This document shows positions 37,580 through 47,514 of a DNA stretch of 64,000 nucleotides, in pieces; position 1 is the first letter of the stretch, and each line of letters starts with the position of its first letter. This stretch comes from a virus (taxonomy: Duplodnaviria; Caudoviricetes). The DNA is taken from positions 15,491-79,490 of the IMG/VR virus record IMGVR_UViG_3300033463_000079. The stretch is one strand, 5' to 3'. The notes under the pieces were generated by a model. The model was not told the DNA's origin and ran no database searches. It was given only the letters and a program-made list of their open reading frames with translations. The position numbers were made by a program, and so were the translations under genes.

Positions 37580-38506
37580 ATGAATAATTTAAGAATGCGT
37601 TTCGATCTGTTCGACGATGGCGGAGACGGAATCGGAACGGCAGCCAGTGAATTCGCATCATCCTTGGGGATCGATGTGAGTGATCTTACTTCGCAGCCAG
37701 ACGATACTGCACCACAGGTGGTATATGGCAAGGACGGAGAAGATAGTCCAGTCGGCTCGGACGAACCGGAACAGGAACCGGCATCAAATCCTGAAGAAGA
37801 GTTCGCTAAACTGATAGGCAAAGGCGGAAAGTACGAAGAGGCATATGCCAACCGTGTGCAGGAGACGATCCAGAATCGTTTCAAGAATGCGACAGACTGG
37901 GAAGGTGTGACGAGTGCATACGAGCAGGCGACAGCTCCATTGTACATGAAGTACGGCCTGGAAGTAGGCGACGTGGAAGGACTGCAGAAGGCAATCGAGA
38001 CGGACGACGATCTGTACGCAAGACTTGCCGAGCAGGACGGTGTAACGACAGACAAATACAGAGAGAACGTCAAGCTGCGGCTCGATGCACAACGTGGCAG
38101 AGAAATGCAGGAAGAGTTCGCAAAAGAGAGACAGAGACGTCAGATGTACGAGAAGTGGGATGCTGAAGCGGAAGAGCTGAAAGAGGCATTCCCGAACTTT
38201 GATCTCATGGCAGAACTACAGAATCCGCAGTTCGCAGCGCTCCTGGATACCGGCAACTTCGGTGTGAAGGATGCGTTCATGGCATGTCACGTCAACGACA
38301 TTCTCGAAGGTAACCAGGAGTACACCAGGAAGCAGACAAGGGAAGACGTAGCACAGAAGCTCGCATCGAATGCCAGAAGGCCGGTGGAGAATGCGATGTC
38401 GCACAATCCTGCGGTCGTAAGGAAAGCAGATCCATCCAAACTAACCGATGAAGACATGGACAAGATCTTCGAGATCGTCCGGAACGGCGGCACGGTTTCG
38501 TTCTAA
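37580..38506 (+). CDS. Capsid scaffolding protein
   Basis: Acidic coiled coil directly before the capsid; L27-like leader MRFDLF. Confidence 0.75.
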   Translation: MNNLRMRFDLFDDGGDGIGTAASEFASSLGIDVSDLTSQPDDTAPQVVYGKDGEDSPVGSDEPEQEPASNPEEEFAKLIGKGGKYEEAYANRVQETIQNRFKNATDWEGVTSAYEQATAPLYMKYGLEVGDVEGLQKAIETDDDLYARLAEQDGVTTDKYRENVKLRLDAQRGREMQEEFAKERQRRQMYEKWDAEAEELKEAFPNFDLMAELQNPQFAALLDTGNFGVKDAFMACHVNDILEGNQEYTRKQTREDVAQKLASNARRPVENAMSHNPAVVRKADPSKLTDEDMDKIFEIVRNGGTVSF

Positions 38507-38541
38507 AGCTCTCTTGTCCATAGGATGAAGGGAGAATAGAC

Positions 38542-39609
38542 ATGAATGATTTCATCATGAATTTCCATCTGTTTGACGACGATGGCAGAGGCACAAGTCC
38601 TCTCAATGTAAACTGGACAGGTCAGACAGGCGCAGGCCAGGATCTGTCTCCGGAAATGAAGACGTTCTATGACAGAGCGCTTCTGAAATGTGCAGAACCA
38701 AACCTGATCCATGATCAGTTTGGACAGAAGAGGCCAATCCCAAAGGGAAGCGGCAAGACGATTGAGTTCCGTAAGTTCTCATCACTGCCGAAGGCTCTCA
38801 CTCCACTGACTGAAGGTGTAACTCCGATCGGTCAGAAATACAGCGTAACAGCCATCACTGCCACTGTACAGCAGTATGGTGCTTACATCGCAGTATCCGA
38901 CATGCTGCAGCTCACTGCATTCGATAACAACATGGCAGAGATCACAAGAATCCTTGGATCCCAGGCCGGCAGAACTTCCGACACTATCACGAGAGAAGTC
39001 CTGGCAGCAGGAACCAATGTATTCTACATCGGCACGAGTGCAGACGAACCATCAGACATCGGAGCTAACGACGTACTGACTGTGGACGCTATCAAGAAGG
39101 CCGTCACTTTCCTGAAGAGAAACAATGCGACTCCGATCCAGGGCGGCGACTTCGTTGCAATCGTACATCCTGATACCGTATACGATCTGTGGAACGATCA
39201 GAAGTGGGAAGAAGCATCCAAGTATGCCGGATCCACACAGATCTTCAACGGCGAGGTAGGCAGACTGTACGGATGCAGATTTGTTGAAACCACTGAAGCC
39301 AAGATCTGGCCTGCCAATGATGCACACGGCAACACTGTTGACGACTACGGCACACTGGTACTGGCGGCAGACGCATTCGGTGTAACATCCATCAACAACG
39401 GCGGAATCGAGACCATCACGAAGCAGCTTGGCAGTGGCGGTACAGCAGATCCGCTCAACCAGAGAGCTACCATCGGATGGAAACTGAACAAGGTAGCAAA
39501 GATCCTTGCCAATGAGTTCATGGTAAGAATCGAGCACACGACCAAGTTCGCAAGTCCGATCGAAGAGGAAGGCGGATCATCCGGCGGATCCTCAAGCTCA
39601 AGCTCATAG
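38542..39609 (+). CDS. Major capsid protein, N4-gp56 family, with C-terminal GGSSGGSSSSSS tail
   Basis: EMKTFYDRALL..AEPNLIHDQFGQKRPIP..GKTIEFRKF..LTEGVTP; DPLNQRATIGWK. Confidence 0.9.
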   Translation: MNDFIMNFHLFDDDGRGTSPLNVNWTGQTGAGQDLSPEMKTFYDRALLKCAEPNLIHDQFGQKRPIPKGSGKTIEFRKFSSLPKALTPLTEGVTPIGQKYSVTAITATVQQYGAYIAVSDMLQLTAFDNNMAEITRILGSQAGRTSDTITREVLAAGTNVFYIGTSADEPSDIGANDVLTVDAIKKAVTFLKRNNATPIQGGDFVAIVHPDTVYDLWNDQKWEEASKYAGSTQIFNGEVGRLYGCRFVETTEAKIWPANDAHGNTVDDYGTLVLAADAFGVTSINNGGIETITKQLGSGGTADPLNQRATIGWKLNKVAKILANEFMVRIEHTTKFASPIEEEGGSSGGSSSSSS

Positions 39610-39614
39610 TTCAT

Positions 39615-40214
39615 ATGAAAATACTGATTGCAGTTCCAACTTTTGAAAACATCCAACCGGAAGTGTTCAAAGCAATTTATGACCAGGACAAGTGTGGTCA
39701 TGATGTGGACTTTGATTTCATGAAGGGGTACGACGTCGCATGGGCGAGGAGCAAGATTGCGAAGAAAGCGGTGGAGTGCGGATACGACTACGTTATGATG
39801 GTCGATTCCGACACAGTGATACCGGCAGACACGTTGACGAACTTCCTCGATCCAGAGGCCGACATCGTGCTTGGATGTTGTCCGAGGAAGAACAGCAAGA
39901 CCAGAATGTCCGCACTGTGTACACTGAAGGACAATCCTACAGGCACAGGCTATCACGTCAGTTTGAGCTATGATGCGCTGCAAGGCGAGGAGCGGATCAA
40001 ACTGGTGGTAGGCGGATTCGCATGTGCATTGATCGACACGGACGTGTTCCGGAACATGAAGTATCCGTATTTCAGGTACGTGCAGTACGGAAACGGCTCG
40101 ATACTTTCAGAGGACTTCTACTTCTGTGAGCAGGCAGGACTGGCAGGATACGATGTGTGGGCGGATCCGAGAGTCAAGTGCGGACATCTGGCACGGTATT
40201 ATCAGTATGAGTAA
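39615..40214 (+). CDS. Glycosyltransferase, short GT-A fold
   Basis: ILIAVPT, ARSKIA, YDYVMMVDSD (DXD), GFACALI, SEDFYFC, DPRVKCGH. Confidence 0.82.
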   Translation: MKILIAVPTFENIQPEVFKAIYDQDKCGHDVDFDFMKGYDVAWARSKIAKKAVECGYDYVMMVDSDTVIPADTLTNFLDPEADIVLGCCPRKNSKTRMSALCTLKDNPTGTGYHVSLSYDALQGEERIKLVVGGFACALIDTDVFRNMKYPYFRYVQYGNGSILSEDFYFCEQAGLAGYDVWADPRVKCGHLARYYQYE

Positions 40215-40220
40215 AGGAGA

Positions 40221-40472
40221 ATGAACATGGCAACAAAAAAGAAGGCTGCGAAGAAGCCACAAAAGAAGACAGTGACGGTGTACATTCCGTTCGTAGAAGG
40301 CGAGGAAGACGAGCTGACGATCGGGATCAACGGAGTAATGTACAAAGTGAAACGAGGCGAGGAAGTAGAAGTTCCGAGAGCGGTGGCAGTCGTCATCCGG
40401 AATTCAAACCTTCAGGCCAAGGTCGCAAAGGAATACTGTGAATCCGTCAGAAACGTGGCTATTGCAGAGTAA
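40221..40472 (+). CDS. Small head-associated protein
   Basis: IGINGVMYKVKRGEEVEVP motif typical downstream of N4-gp56 capsids. Confidence 0.6.
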   Translation: MNMATKKKAAKKPQKKTVTVYIPFVEGEEDELTIGINGVMYKVKRGEEVEVPRAVAVVIRNSNLQAKVAKEYCESVRNVAIAE

Positions 40473-40479
40473 CAAAGAA

Positions 40480-40516
40480 TGCGGAAGGTGGTGGACACAC
40501 TGTCTTCCGCAGTTTT
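40480..40516 (+). terminator. Intrinsic terminator
   Basis: GCGGAAG...CTTCCGC stem then AGTTTTT. Confidence 0.7.
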
Positions 40517-40529
40517 TAAGAGGAATGAA

Positions 40530-40931
40530 ATGACACTGCTTGAACTAATAAACAAAGTGAATACGGAGAAACCGAATTCCTTCTCAAACGCATATCTGAT
40601 GAACCTGGTCAACGAGGTCGAGGCACAAGTCTACGACTATCTGGAAACACCAGACAACATGAGAATCTACCATGTGCTGTCAGAGATCGAGACTGTAGAA
40701 GATCCGGAAGATACCGGCCTGGATGGAGAGCTTCTCATACCGGATCCATATTCCACAGCGTATGAGTCCTATCTCCGTGCAAGGCTTGACTATGCAAACG
40801 AAGAGTTCGATCTGTACGCAAACGACACGGAACAGTTCAATTCGGATATGGAGTCATGGAAGGCATACGCAATGCGGCATGGACAAGTAGACACGTCTGA
40901 TCTTCCGACCAAGATTACGAACTGGTGGTGA
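40530..40931 (+). CDS. Head-tail adaptor
   Basis: LLIPDPYS..YESYL.A.LDYANEE..LY.N..EQFN. Confidence 0.65.
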   Translation: MTLLELINKVNTEKPNSFSNAYLMNLVNEVEAQVYDYLETPDNMRIYHVLSEIETVEDPEDTGLDGELLIPDPYSTAYESYLRARLDYANEEFDLYANDTEQFNSDMESWKAYAMRHGQVDTSDLPTKITNWW

Positions 40932-40935
40932 TCAT

Positions 40936-43662
40936 ATGTTAGTAACACCAGTAAGAAGAGTGACTCCGCAGGAAGAGAGAGTCATCGAATTCAAAGGGAT
41001 CAACAGACGTCCTATGATCGAGGACGGAGAGATGCGGCAGGCATACAATCTCGGCACGGAAGACTATCCGAACCTGTCACAGAGACGATCGAGAGAGGAC
41101 TTCAATTCAAACTACGTCGAACCGGTGCAGATGCTCGTGAAGGACGAGAAGCTCGCTGTGATCGACAGAGTCAGTCCGAGCCGGTACGTGTTCTACTACA
41201 ACGGAGAGCTGTGCGACTCGCTGTCCTGGGCAAGTGAACCAAAGATGGTGGCAATCGGCAGTAAGATCTGTTTCTTCTGCGGAGAGCAGCACAATTGGTA
41301 TCAGGTCAAGACTGCAGACGGTGTGACGCAGGGAACGACAGGTGCGCTCGGTGTGGATATCGACATCACGTCGGCGCTCGGTGTCTGGATCGGAGAGGAC
41401 GAGCTTGAGATCTCATCCGGCAAACAGTACATGTACGAGTATCTGTCATCCGTAAAGGAATCCACTACGGAAGGCATGGGTGCTATCGTTAGCCAACTTA
41501 CTGCTGTTGACGGATCTTCGACTCTTGACGTGTACGTCGGACAGAGAACGGACGACACAACACAGGTCAAGGTAAAAGTCGAAGGTACGTATACGGACAT
41601 CAAGTTCGTGACGTTTGAGGTCGGAGCGCAGCCAATCACTGCCGGCACTTACGAATGGAGATATGCCGGGTACACTGTGCCAGGCGGCGGAGCATTGTTT
41701 GCGACAGACTATATCGATCTTCGTGGCTACGTCTACGAGAACGGCATCAGCATCAGAGTGAGATGTTTCTCTGAAACCGGCAACGTGTACACGAAGACGG
41801 TGGACATGGACGACTACGGATGGACGGACGACACGTTCGCATTGCTCAATGCAGTTCCGAGGCTTGAGGATCTGTTCAAGGTAGACGACGTTGTAGACAT
41901 CAAAGGCAAGGAGACATCCGAAGAGTACGTCGGAGACATGACTGAAGCGGAGTACAACATACTTGCAGCAAAGCTCGACGTGTCGACAGGAACCGGCACG
42001 GTGGATATGTCTATCACTCCGGCAGAGTATAACGAACTTGCTGCGATGCTCGGCCTGGATACAGAAGTATCTACAGAAGTGGACACTACCATCACGGCAA
42101 AGGAGTCCACCAAGCTCGCACGGACAATCGGCCTTTCTGTGGCTCGTGAGGATGCCGAGGTGGGAGATATGGACACGTCGTCTGTGATCGCAATCGTGAC
42201 AGAAAACGATATCGTGTTTGCGGACAAGCCGTTTTTAATGGCAGACAGTTCCGCTGCAACGGACGAACCGATCACTTCAGACAGCAGCTCAAAGGTGGTC
42301 AACGTGTCGCCTCTGGACTTCCCGAAGCCGACGCTGTGGTACGCACTCCGGTCAAAGGATAACGAAGGCAAGGTCACTGTGCTGTGGACGGTAGAGTGTG
42401 CGACTGCGATCTCCGGTACGAGAGACGGCACGACATATCTGATCCAGGCGCAGGAAGACGGTACGGACGAACCTTGGCAGACGGTGCTGACAATGAACAG
42501 CACAAAGGGAAACCTTCCGAGCGTCGTGGCAAACGGAAAGAGCTTCTTTGCGATGGACGTGCAGGTGCCGTCAATGAGTACGGTGTACAACTTCCGTGTG
42601 ATCGCAACGAATGCGACAGCCAGGACGACCGGAACGGCTATGTCAGGAACACCATCGTCCGGTTATCCGCAGTGCATGGGAAAACATTCAGTGTATACGA
42701 CGCTTGGTTCACTCAAACTTGAGAGAAACTGTCCTGATCTGGACTTTGTCTGTGAGTATAACAACAGACTGTGGGGATGCAACAGCACGACGAACGAGAT
42801 CCTGGCATGTAAGCTCGGAGATCCGACGAACTGGCATTATTTCCAGGCGACGTCTATGGACTCGTTTGCAGCGTCTCAAGGCACGGACGGAAAGTGGACA
42901 GGATGCGGAGTCTACTCGAACCATCTGCTGTTCTTTAAAGAAGAGTGCATCCACAAGGTGTACGGATCTTCTCCATCAACGTATCAGATCCAGGCGCAGA
43001 AGGCCAATGGTGTGAAGGAAGGATCGGACAGATCCGTCGTGATCATAGACGATCTGGTCATCTACCATTCAAAGATCGGATGGATGGCCTATACCGGCGG
43101 CACTCCGGAACTGATGTCATCAAAGCTCGGAGAAGTCAATTATTCCGATGTGGCAGCAGGTGCTGACGGAAAGAAATATTACTGCAGCGCATACAACACA
43201 CAGACAGGACTCTACGATGTTCTCGTCTTCGACACGGAAACCGGCTACTGGCTCCAGGAAGACAACGTCCACATGCTTGATCTGTGCGTGTATGAAGGAC
43301 TGCTGATGTATATAGATGCCGACAATGCAAAGATCGTGAAGATCGGTGCAGGCGACGAGCAAGACATCGAATGGTATGCGGTGTTTGGCGAGTTCGACGA
43401 AGTGATCGAGGATAAGAAGGTCATTTCAAAACTGAAGATGCGACTGACGATGACGGAAGGTGCGACACTGGATGTCTACGTGAAGATCGACAGCGGAGAA
43501 TGGGAACCTGTCACTCACTTCCCACATGACACAGAACGTGCGGTAGTAGTGCCGATCGTGCCGAGAAGGTGCGACAGATACTCCGTCAAGCTCGCAGGAA
43601 CCGGGAGATGCCGGATCGAGTCAATGCTGCGTATGTATAGACAGACTACAGGGAGACTGTGA
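40936..43662 (+). CDS. Tail nozzle / DNA stabilisation protein with a large central insertion
   Basis: EFKGIN...NL..EDYP.LSQR; CPDLDFVCEYNNRLWGC..KLGDPTNW..F; LLFFKE..IHKVYG. Confidence 0.75.
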   Translation: MLVTPVRRVTPQEERVIEFKGINRRPMIEDGEMRQAYNLGTEDYPNLSQRRSREDFNSNYVEPVQMLVKDEKLAVIDRVSPSRYVFYYNGELCDSLSWASEPKMVAIGSKICFFCGEQHNWYQVKTADGVTQGTTGALGVDIDITSALGVWIGEDELEISSGKQYMYEYLSSVKESTTEGMGAIVSQLTAVDGSSTLDVYVGQRTDDTTQVKVKVEGTYTDIKFVTFEVGAQPITAGTYEWRYAGYTVPGGGALFATDYIDLRGYVYENGISIRVRCFSETGNVYTKTVDMDDYGWTDDTFALLNAVPRLEDLFKVDDVVDIKGKETSEEYVGDMTEAEYNILAAKLDVSTGTGTVDMSITPAEYNELAAMLGLDTEVSTEVDTTITAKESTKLARTIGLSVAREDAEVGDMDTSSVIAIVTENDIVFADKPFLMADSSAATDEPITSDSSSKVVNVSPLDFPKPTLWYALRSKDNEGKVTVLWTVECATAISGTRDGTTYLIQAQEDGTDEPWQTVLTMNSTKGNLPSVVANGKSFFAMDVQVPSMSTVYNFRVIATNATARTTGTAMSGTPSSGYPQCMGKHSVYTTLGSLKLERNCPDLDFVCEYNNRLWGCNSTTNEILACKLGDPTNWHYFQATSMDSFAASQGTDGKWTGCGVYSNHLLFFKEECIHKVYGSSPSTYQIQAQKANGVKEGSDRSVVIIDDLVIYHSKIGWMAYTGGTPELMSSKLGEVNYSDVAAGADGKKYYCSAYNTQTGLYDVLVFDTETGYWLQEDNVHMLDLCVYEGLLMYIDADNAKIVKIGAGDEQDIEWYAVFGEFDEVIEDKKVISKLKMRLTMTEGATLDVYVKIDSGEWEPVTHFPHDTERAVVVPIVPRRCDRYSVKLAGTGRCRIESMLRMYRQTTGRL

Positions 43663-45449
43663 TGATCGTTGATTACAACAGAAGTCCAAACATAACAGAA
43701 GAAGAGAGACTGGCATCCTTGCAGGAGTCGGTGCAGAGAGCACTGGACGAACTGATGCAGATGGTATCAGGGATCGAGACTCCGGAGAAGAGCGGACTTG
43801 TTGAGAAGGTCGAGGTCGTCACACAGAAGACTGCCAGTACGAGGCAGAGAGCTGTCCATGCCCAGGGACTTGCAGAAGAAGCGCAGACAATGGCGGACGA
43901 GGCAGGAAAGGCTGCACAGACGGCATGGGAATACGCAGACGATGCAAAGGACGCAGCGGACGCAGCACAGGATTCTGCGGATGCAGCACAAGGTTCTGCT
44001 AATACTGCGAACAGAGCTGCGAATGCAGCGCTCGATCAACTTGGTGTGGTTCAGGATGTCGTTGGTGTTCTTGACTGGGCATCGTCACACGGAACATTTG
44101 AACTGACGTCCGACGTGACCGTCCAGGAAGGAAAGGTATATTTCGTTTACGACTCCGTCACAGGGGATTATTCTCCGGTGGTGGATCCAAAGGACGAGGA
44201 GCTGTCGACGTATTATGAGCTGTCCATGACAGAGGCCATGCAGACATTCATCATGGCACATCTGGCAGTGACGCAGAGAGGACTCTGGGTTCTTCCGAGT
44301 GGTGTAGGAAGCGGCACGACTCCGGCACAGGGAGAGACGCAGGCAGACTCCGACGCAAGGCAAGGCAGCAACTACAAGGCGCTTCTGTCGAACAGCGGCC
44401 TTCTGATATACGACGGAAACGGACAGCTCGTCAGCACGTTTGGAGAATCTATCGTATTCAGTTCGTCCAGGCAGCAAGTGATCGGCGGACAGAGCAACTA
44501 CATTCTGTTTGATCCGACGGACGGCAGCATCCTTATAAACGGAAACGACGTTCGGATAGGGGATACCGGCAAGAAGCTCGACGAAGTCCTCACGGACATC
44601 GACATCTCTACGGAGCAGACAGCGACCGGTGCGGAGATCACGATTGCCGGGCAGACTGTTGAACTGTTAAATGGACAAGACGGACAAGACGGACAAGATG
44701 GGCAAGATGGACAAGACGGTGCTCCAGGATATACACCATACATTCAAAGTGGATACTGGTACATCAATGGAACGTCAACAGGTGTCAAAGCACAGGGCGA
44801 GGATGGAACGACGACGCTATGGTATTACGGCGACACAATCACAGGAACATCTACAACACCAACCGTTTTCGTTGACAGTGACGTCACAAACGCAGTGATC
44901 GGAGATATCTATCTCAACACGGATACAGCGTATGTTTACCAGTGTACACTTGGCGGAGCTGCATCTGTGGCGGAATGGGTTTATGCCGGGAGCATCGCAG
45001 ACGGTGTGATGGAAAACCTTGACGTGTACACCAAGGACGAGATCGACGAGATAAACATAACAACAGGAGAAACGATTGACTCGATAAATGAAGGCATATC
45101 AGAATTGGCGGATGCGATTGCAGATCAGGGCGACGACGTTGAAGGACTAAAGGTCGACGTGGCAGACAGCGCAGAGGCCATCTCAAATCTCGGTACGTTT
45201 GTAGATGAGTATCTTGGAACGGACGGATACATAAAAATCAACAACGGCACGTTGGAGCTTGGGAAGGGATCGTTCAAGACGGTCATCACTTCGACGGAAC
45301 TGGGATTCTATGACGGAAATCAAAAGGTCGCATACGTATCTAATGAAGAACTGGTCATCAGTAGGACGAAGGTAAGCCAGGAGATGCGTATGGGCAATTT
45401 CGTCTGGACTGTAAAGGAAGACGGAAAACTAATTCTGAAGCACATATAG
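43659..45449 (+). CDS. Tail spike/fibre protein with coiled coil and collagen-like repeat
   Basis: DAA.AA coiled coil, (GQD)5, C-terminal ITSTELGFYDGNQKVAYVSNEEL. Confidence 0.65.
   Translation: MMIVDYNRSPNITEEERLASLQESVQRALDELMQMVSGIETPEKSGLVEKVEVVTQKTASTRQRAVHAQGLAEEAQTMADEAGKAAQTAWEYADDAKDAADAAQDSADAAQGSANTANRAANAALDQLGVVQDVVGVLDWASSHGTFELTSDVTVQEGKVYFVYDSVTGDYSPVVDPKDEELSTYYELSMTEAMQTFIMAHLAVTQRGLWVLPSGVGSGTTPAQGETQADSDARQGSNYKALLSNSGLLIYDGNGQLVSTFGESIVFSSSRQQVIGGQSNYILFDPTDGSILINGNDVRIGDTGKKLDEVLTDIDISTEQTATGAEITIAGQTVELLNGQDGQDGQDGQDGQDGAPGYTPYIQSGYWYINGTSTGVKAQGEDGTTTLWYYGDTITGTSTTPTVFVDSDVTNAVIGDIYLNTDTAYVYQCTLGGAASVAEWVYAGSIADGVMENLDVYTKDEIDEINITTGETIDSINEGISELADAIADQGDDVEGLKVDVADSAEAISNLGTFVDEYLGTDGYIKINNGTLELGKGSFKTVITSTELGFYDGNQKVAYVSNEELVISRTKVSQEMRMGNFVWTVKEDGKLILKHI
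44673..44720 (+). repeat. 9-bp tandem repeat (collagen-like GQD x5)
   Basis: GGACAAGAC-type units repeated five times. Confidence 0.85.
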
Positions 45450-45458
45450 GAGCGGACA

Positions 45459-46649
45459 ATGGCGACAACAGTTTACGGTGCATGGCAAGGTGCAGCCGCT
45501 ACAGGAAAGGTAACGCACAGAGCTTATCTGACATATACGGTAACAGTCAACAGCGCAGACACGTACACAATAAATGTGTCTGCGTCCGGTATTGATCCGT
45601 GGAACAGCACGTGGAGCGGTGTAACAGTAGACTATACGTGGGGTGCAACAGGTGTTACCACAGGAACCGGACAGAGATCTGTTACGGTTTCATCAAGTGA
45701 TCCGTATGCGCTCGTCGGCTCACGTAATTACACGTATTCTAAAACACATGCGGCACAGTCAAAGACCGTCTTTGCAACCACAACACTGAATCACGTTGTA
45801 TCATCGGCAGGCGGCTCATCTGTAAACGGAAAGACAAGTACGGCGAGCGTGACGTTCAGTGTGCCTGCAAGGACAAGCTATTCCGTAACCTTCAATGCAA
45901 ACGGTGGATCCGGTGCTCCGGGAGCGCAGACAAAATGGTACAACGAAGCGCTCGCACTATCATCGACAAGGCCTACACGAGCAAATTACACGTTCAAAGG
46001 ATGGGCGACGTCAGAGGCAAGAGCTACATCTAAATATGTTGATTATGCGGCAGGCGGAACAGTAGCTGCAGGGACGAACAGTGCGCTGTCTCTGTGGGCA
46101 GTATGGGATGAAATATACGTACCGGCAAGTGTTACAAACCTTGTTGCATTTAGAACAGCGGACGAAACAACGACTCCTGCAGAAGAGGACGACGAAGGAA
46201 CGTATCTGTACGTCGGTTTTGACTACATATGCGGACACTACCAGGGAGATACGTTGCCGGAACCTGCTACGACATGCACGATAACACTTGACGGAACGAC
46301 GCTTGACACGCTGCAGTTCAGCGACTCGGATTCCTTTGACAACGAAAGCAGCAGATACTCTGTTTCCGCATTTAGCACAGGGATATCACATTCTCTCATC
46401 GTTACACTGTCGAACAGTGTTGGAACGGTCACGTATACATACACAGTGCCGTCGACGAAGTATCCGATCGAGATCGAGGCCGATGCGTCTATTATGGCGC
46501 TTGGCACTCCAATAAGACTCAAAAGAGACATGTATATGGATATCGACGAGGCTGCAGCGTCAGGCATGGATTATCAAATGAGAACCGCACTGACTGCCCT
46601 TGGATGGTGGAAGCCGATATCACAGGGCGGAGTGTTAATGGACGAGTAA
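45459..46649 (+). CDS. Tail protein with InlB-B/Listeria-Bacteroides repeat
   Basis: SYSVTFNANGGSGAP..QTKWY...PTRANYTFKGWAT; homologous to the N-terminus of 4192..6693. Confidence 0.65.
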   Translation: MATTVYGAWQGAAATGKVTHRAYLTYTVTVNSADTYTINVSASGIDPWNSTWSGVTVDYTWGATGVTTGTGQRSVTVSSSDPYALVGSRNYTYSKTHAAQSKTVFATTTLNHVVSSAGGSSVNGKTSTASVTFSVPARTSYSVTFNANGGSGAPGAQTKWYNEALALSSTRPTRANYTFKGWATSEARATSKYVDYAAGGTVAAGTNSALSLWAVWDEIYVPASVTNLVAFRTADETTTPAEEDDEGTYLYVGFDYICGHYQGDTLPEPATTCTITLDGTTLDTLQFSDSDSFDNESSRYSVSAFSTGISHSLIVTLSNSVGTVTYTYTVPSTKYPIEIEADASIMALGTPIRLKRDMYMDIDEAAASGMDYQMRTALTALGWWKPISQGGVLMDE

Positions 46650-46661
46650 AGGAGAAACGAC

Positions 46662-46877
46662 ATGTATATTATTTTGGAATTACAGACAAACGACGGAGCG
46701 GCTACAGTAGTCACTCCGATCCAGACGGCACAGACATTAAACGAAGCAATGAGTAGGTATCACGGCATTCTGGCAGCCGCTGCGATAAGCTCGGTCGAGT
46801 GCCACAGTGCGATCATGCTCAATGAACGAGGAGACTACGTCGCAAAAGAATCTTATGAACATCCGAAAGAGGACTAA
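46662..46877 (+). CDS. Small tail-region hypothetical protein
   Basis: MYIILELQT...A.S.YH.ILAAAA.S.V..HS. Confidence 0.55.
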   Translation: MYIILELQTNDGAATVVTPIQTAQTLNEAMSRYHGILAAAAISSVECHSAIMLNERGDYVAKESYEHPKED

Positions 46878-46880
46878 CAA

Positions 46881-47249
46881 ATGAAAGAGATCAGCTTGAG
46901 AGCGCTGCTGAACAAAATGCTCTTCCGTGAATCGTATGAGATTTGGGTGGGAGACTATACAGCCAGAGCGCAACAAATTAACTCGTCACTGACGTCGAGC
47001 AGCGGAACGGACGCATGGATGACTGCCGTGCTCAAGGCAATCTGTGCAGATTATCCAGACAATGCCCATAAGATATTTAGAGGGAAATTCACTCCGAATT
47101 CTGTGGTTTTCTTCGAGGTAATGATTTACAACACGAGTACAGTAAGCAATGGACTGCCACAGTATTGTTTTGGCACTCTTCGTCAGTGGCAGAGCTTGTT
47201 CTGGATCATATCAACGAACAACTATAGTTTTTCATATACTGCAAAATAA
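46881..47249 (+). CDS. Hypothetical tail-region protein
   Basis: 122 aa ORF with SD. Confidence 0.5.
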   Translation: MKEISLRALLNKMLFRESYEIWVGDYTARAQQINSSLTSSSGTDAWMTAVLKAICADYPDNAHKIFRGKFTPNSVVFFEVMIYNTSTVSNGLPQYCFGTLRQWQSLFWIISTNNYSFSYTAK

Positions 47250-47259
47250 GGAGAACATC

Positions 47260-47514
47260 ATGAATACATTCTGGAAGGCAACAGGGATCAGATGTATCAG
47301 AACATTTCTGACGACCATCCTGGGAGTGTGGACAGCAGGTACGTTGATTACCGACGTAGACTGGAAAACCACACTGATCAGTGCGGTATCGGCAACGGTG
47401 TACATTTTCATCGTGTGTGTCGTTGGCGGACTGCCGGAAGTGAAATACAAGAACCATCTGTATCAGTATTACGACGAACCTGCAGACAGTGAGGTAACAG
47501 AAGATGATGAATAA
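47260..47514 (+). CDS. Holin (r1t-like)
   Basis: FWKATGIRCIRTF...VDW..LIS...GLPEV. Confidence 0.75.
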   Translation: MNTFWKATGIRCIRTFLTTILGVWTAGTLITDVDWKTTLISAVSATVYIFIVCVVGGLPEVKYKNHLYQYYDEPADSEVTEDDE

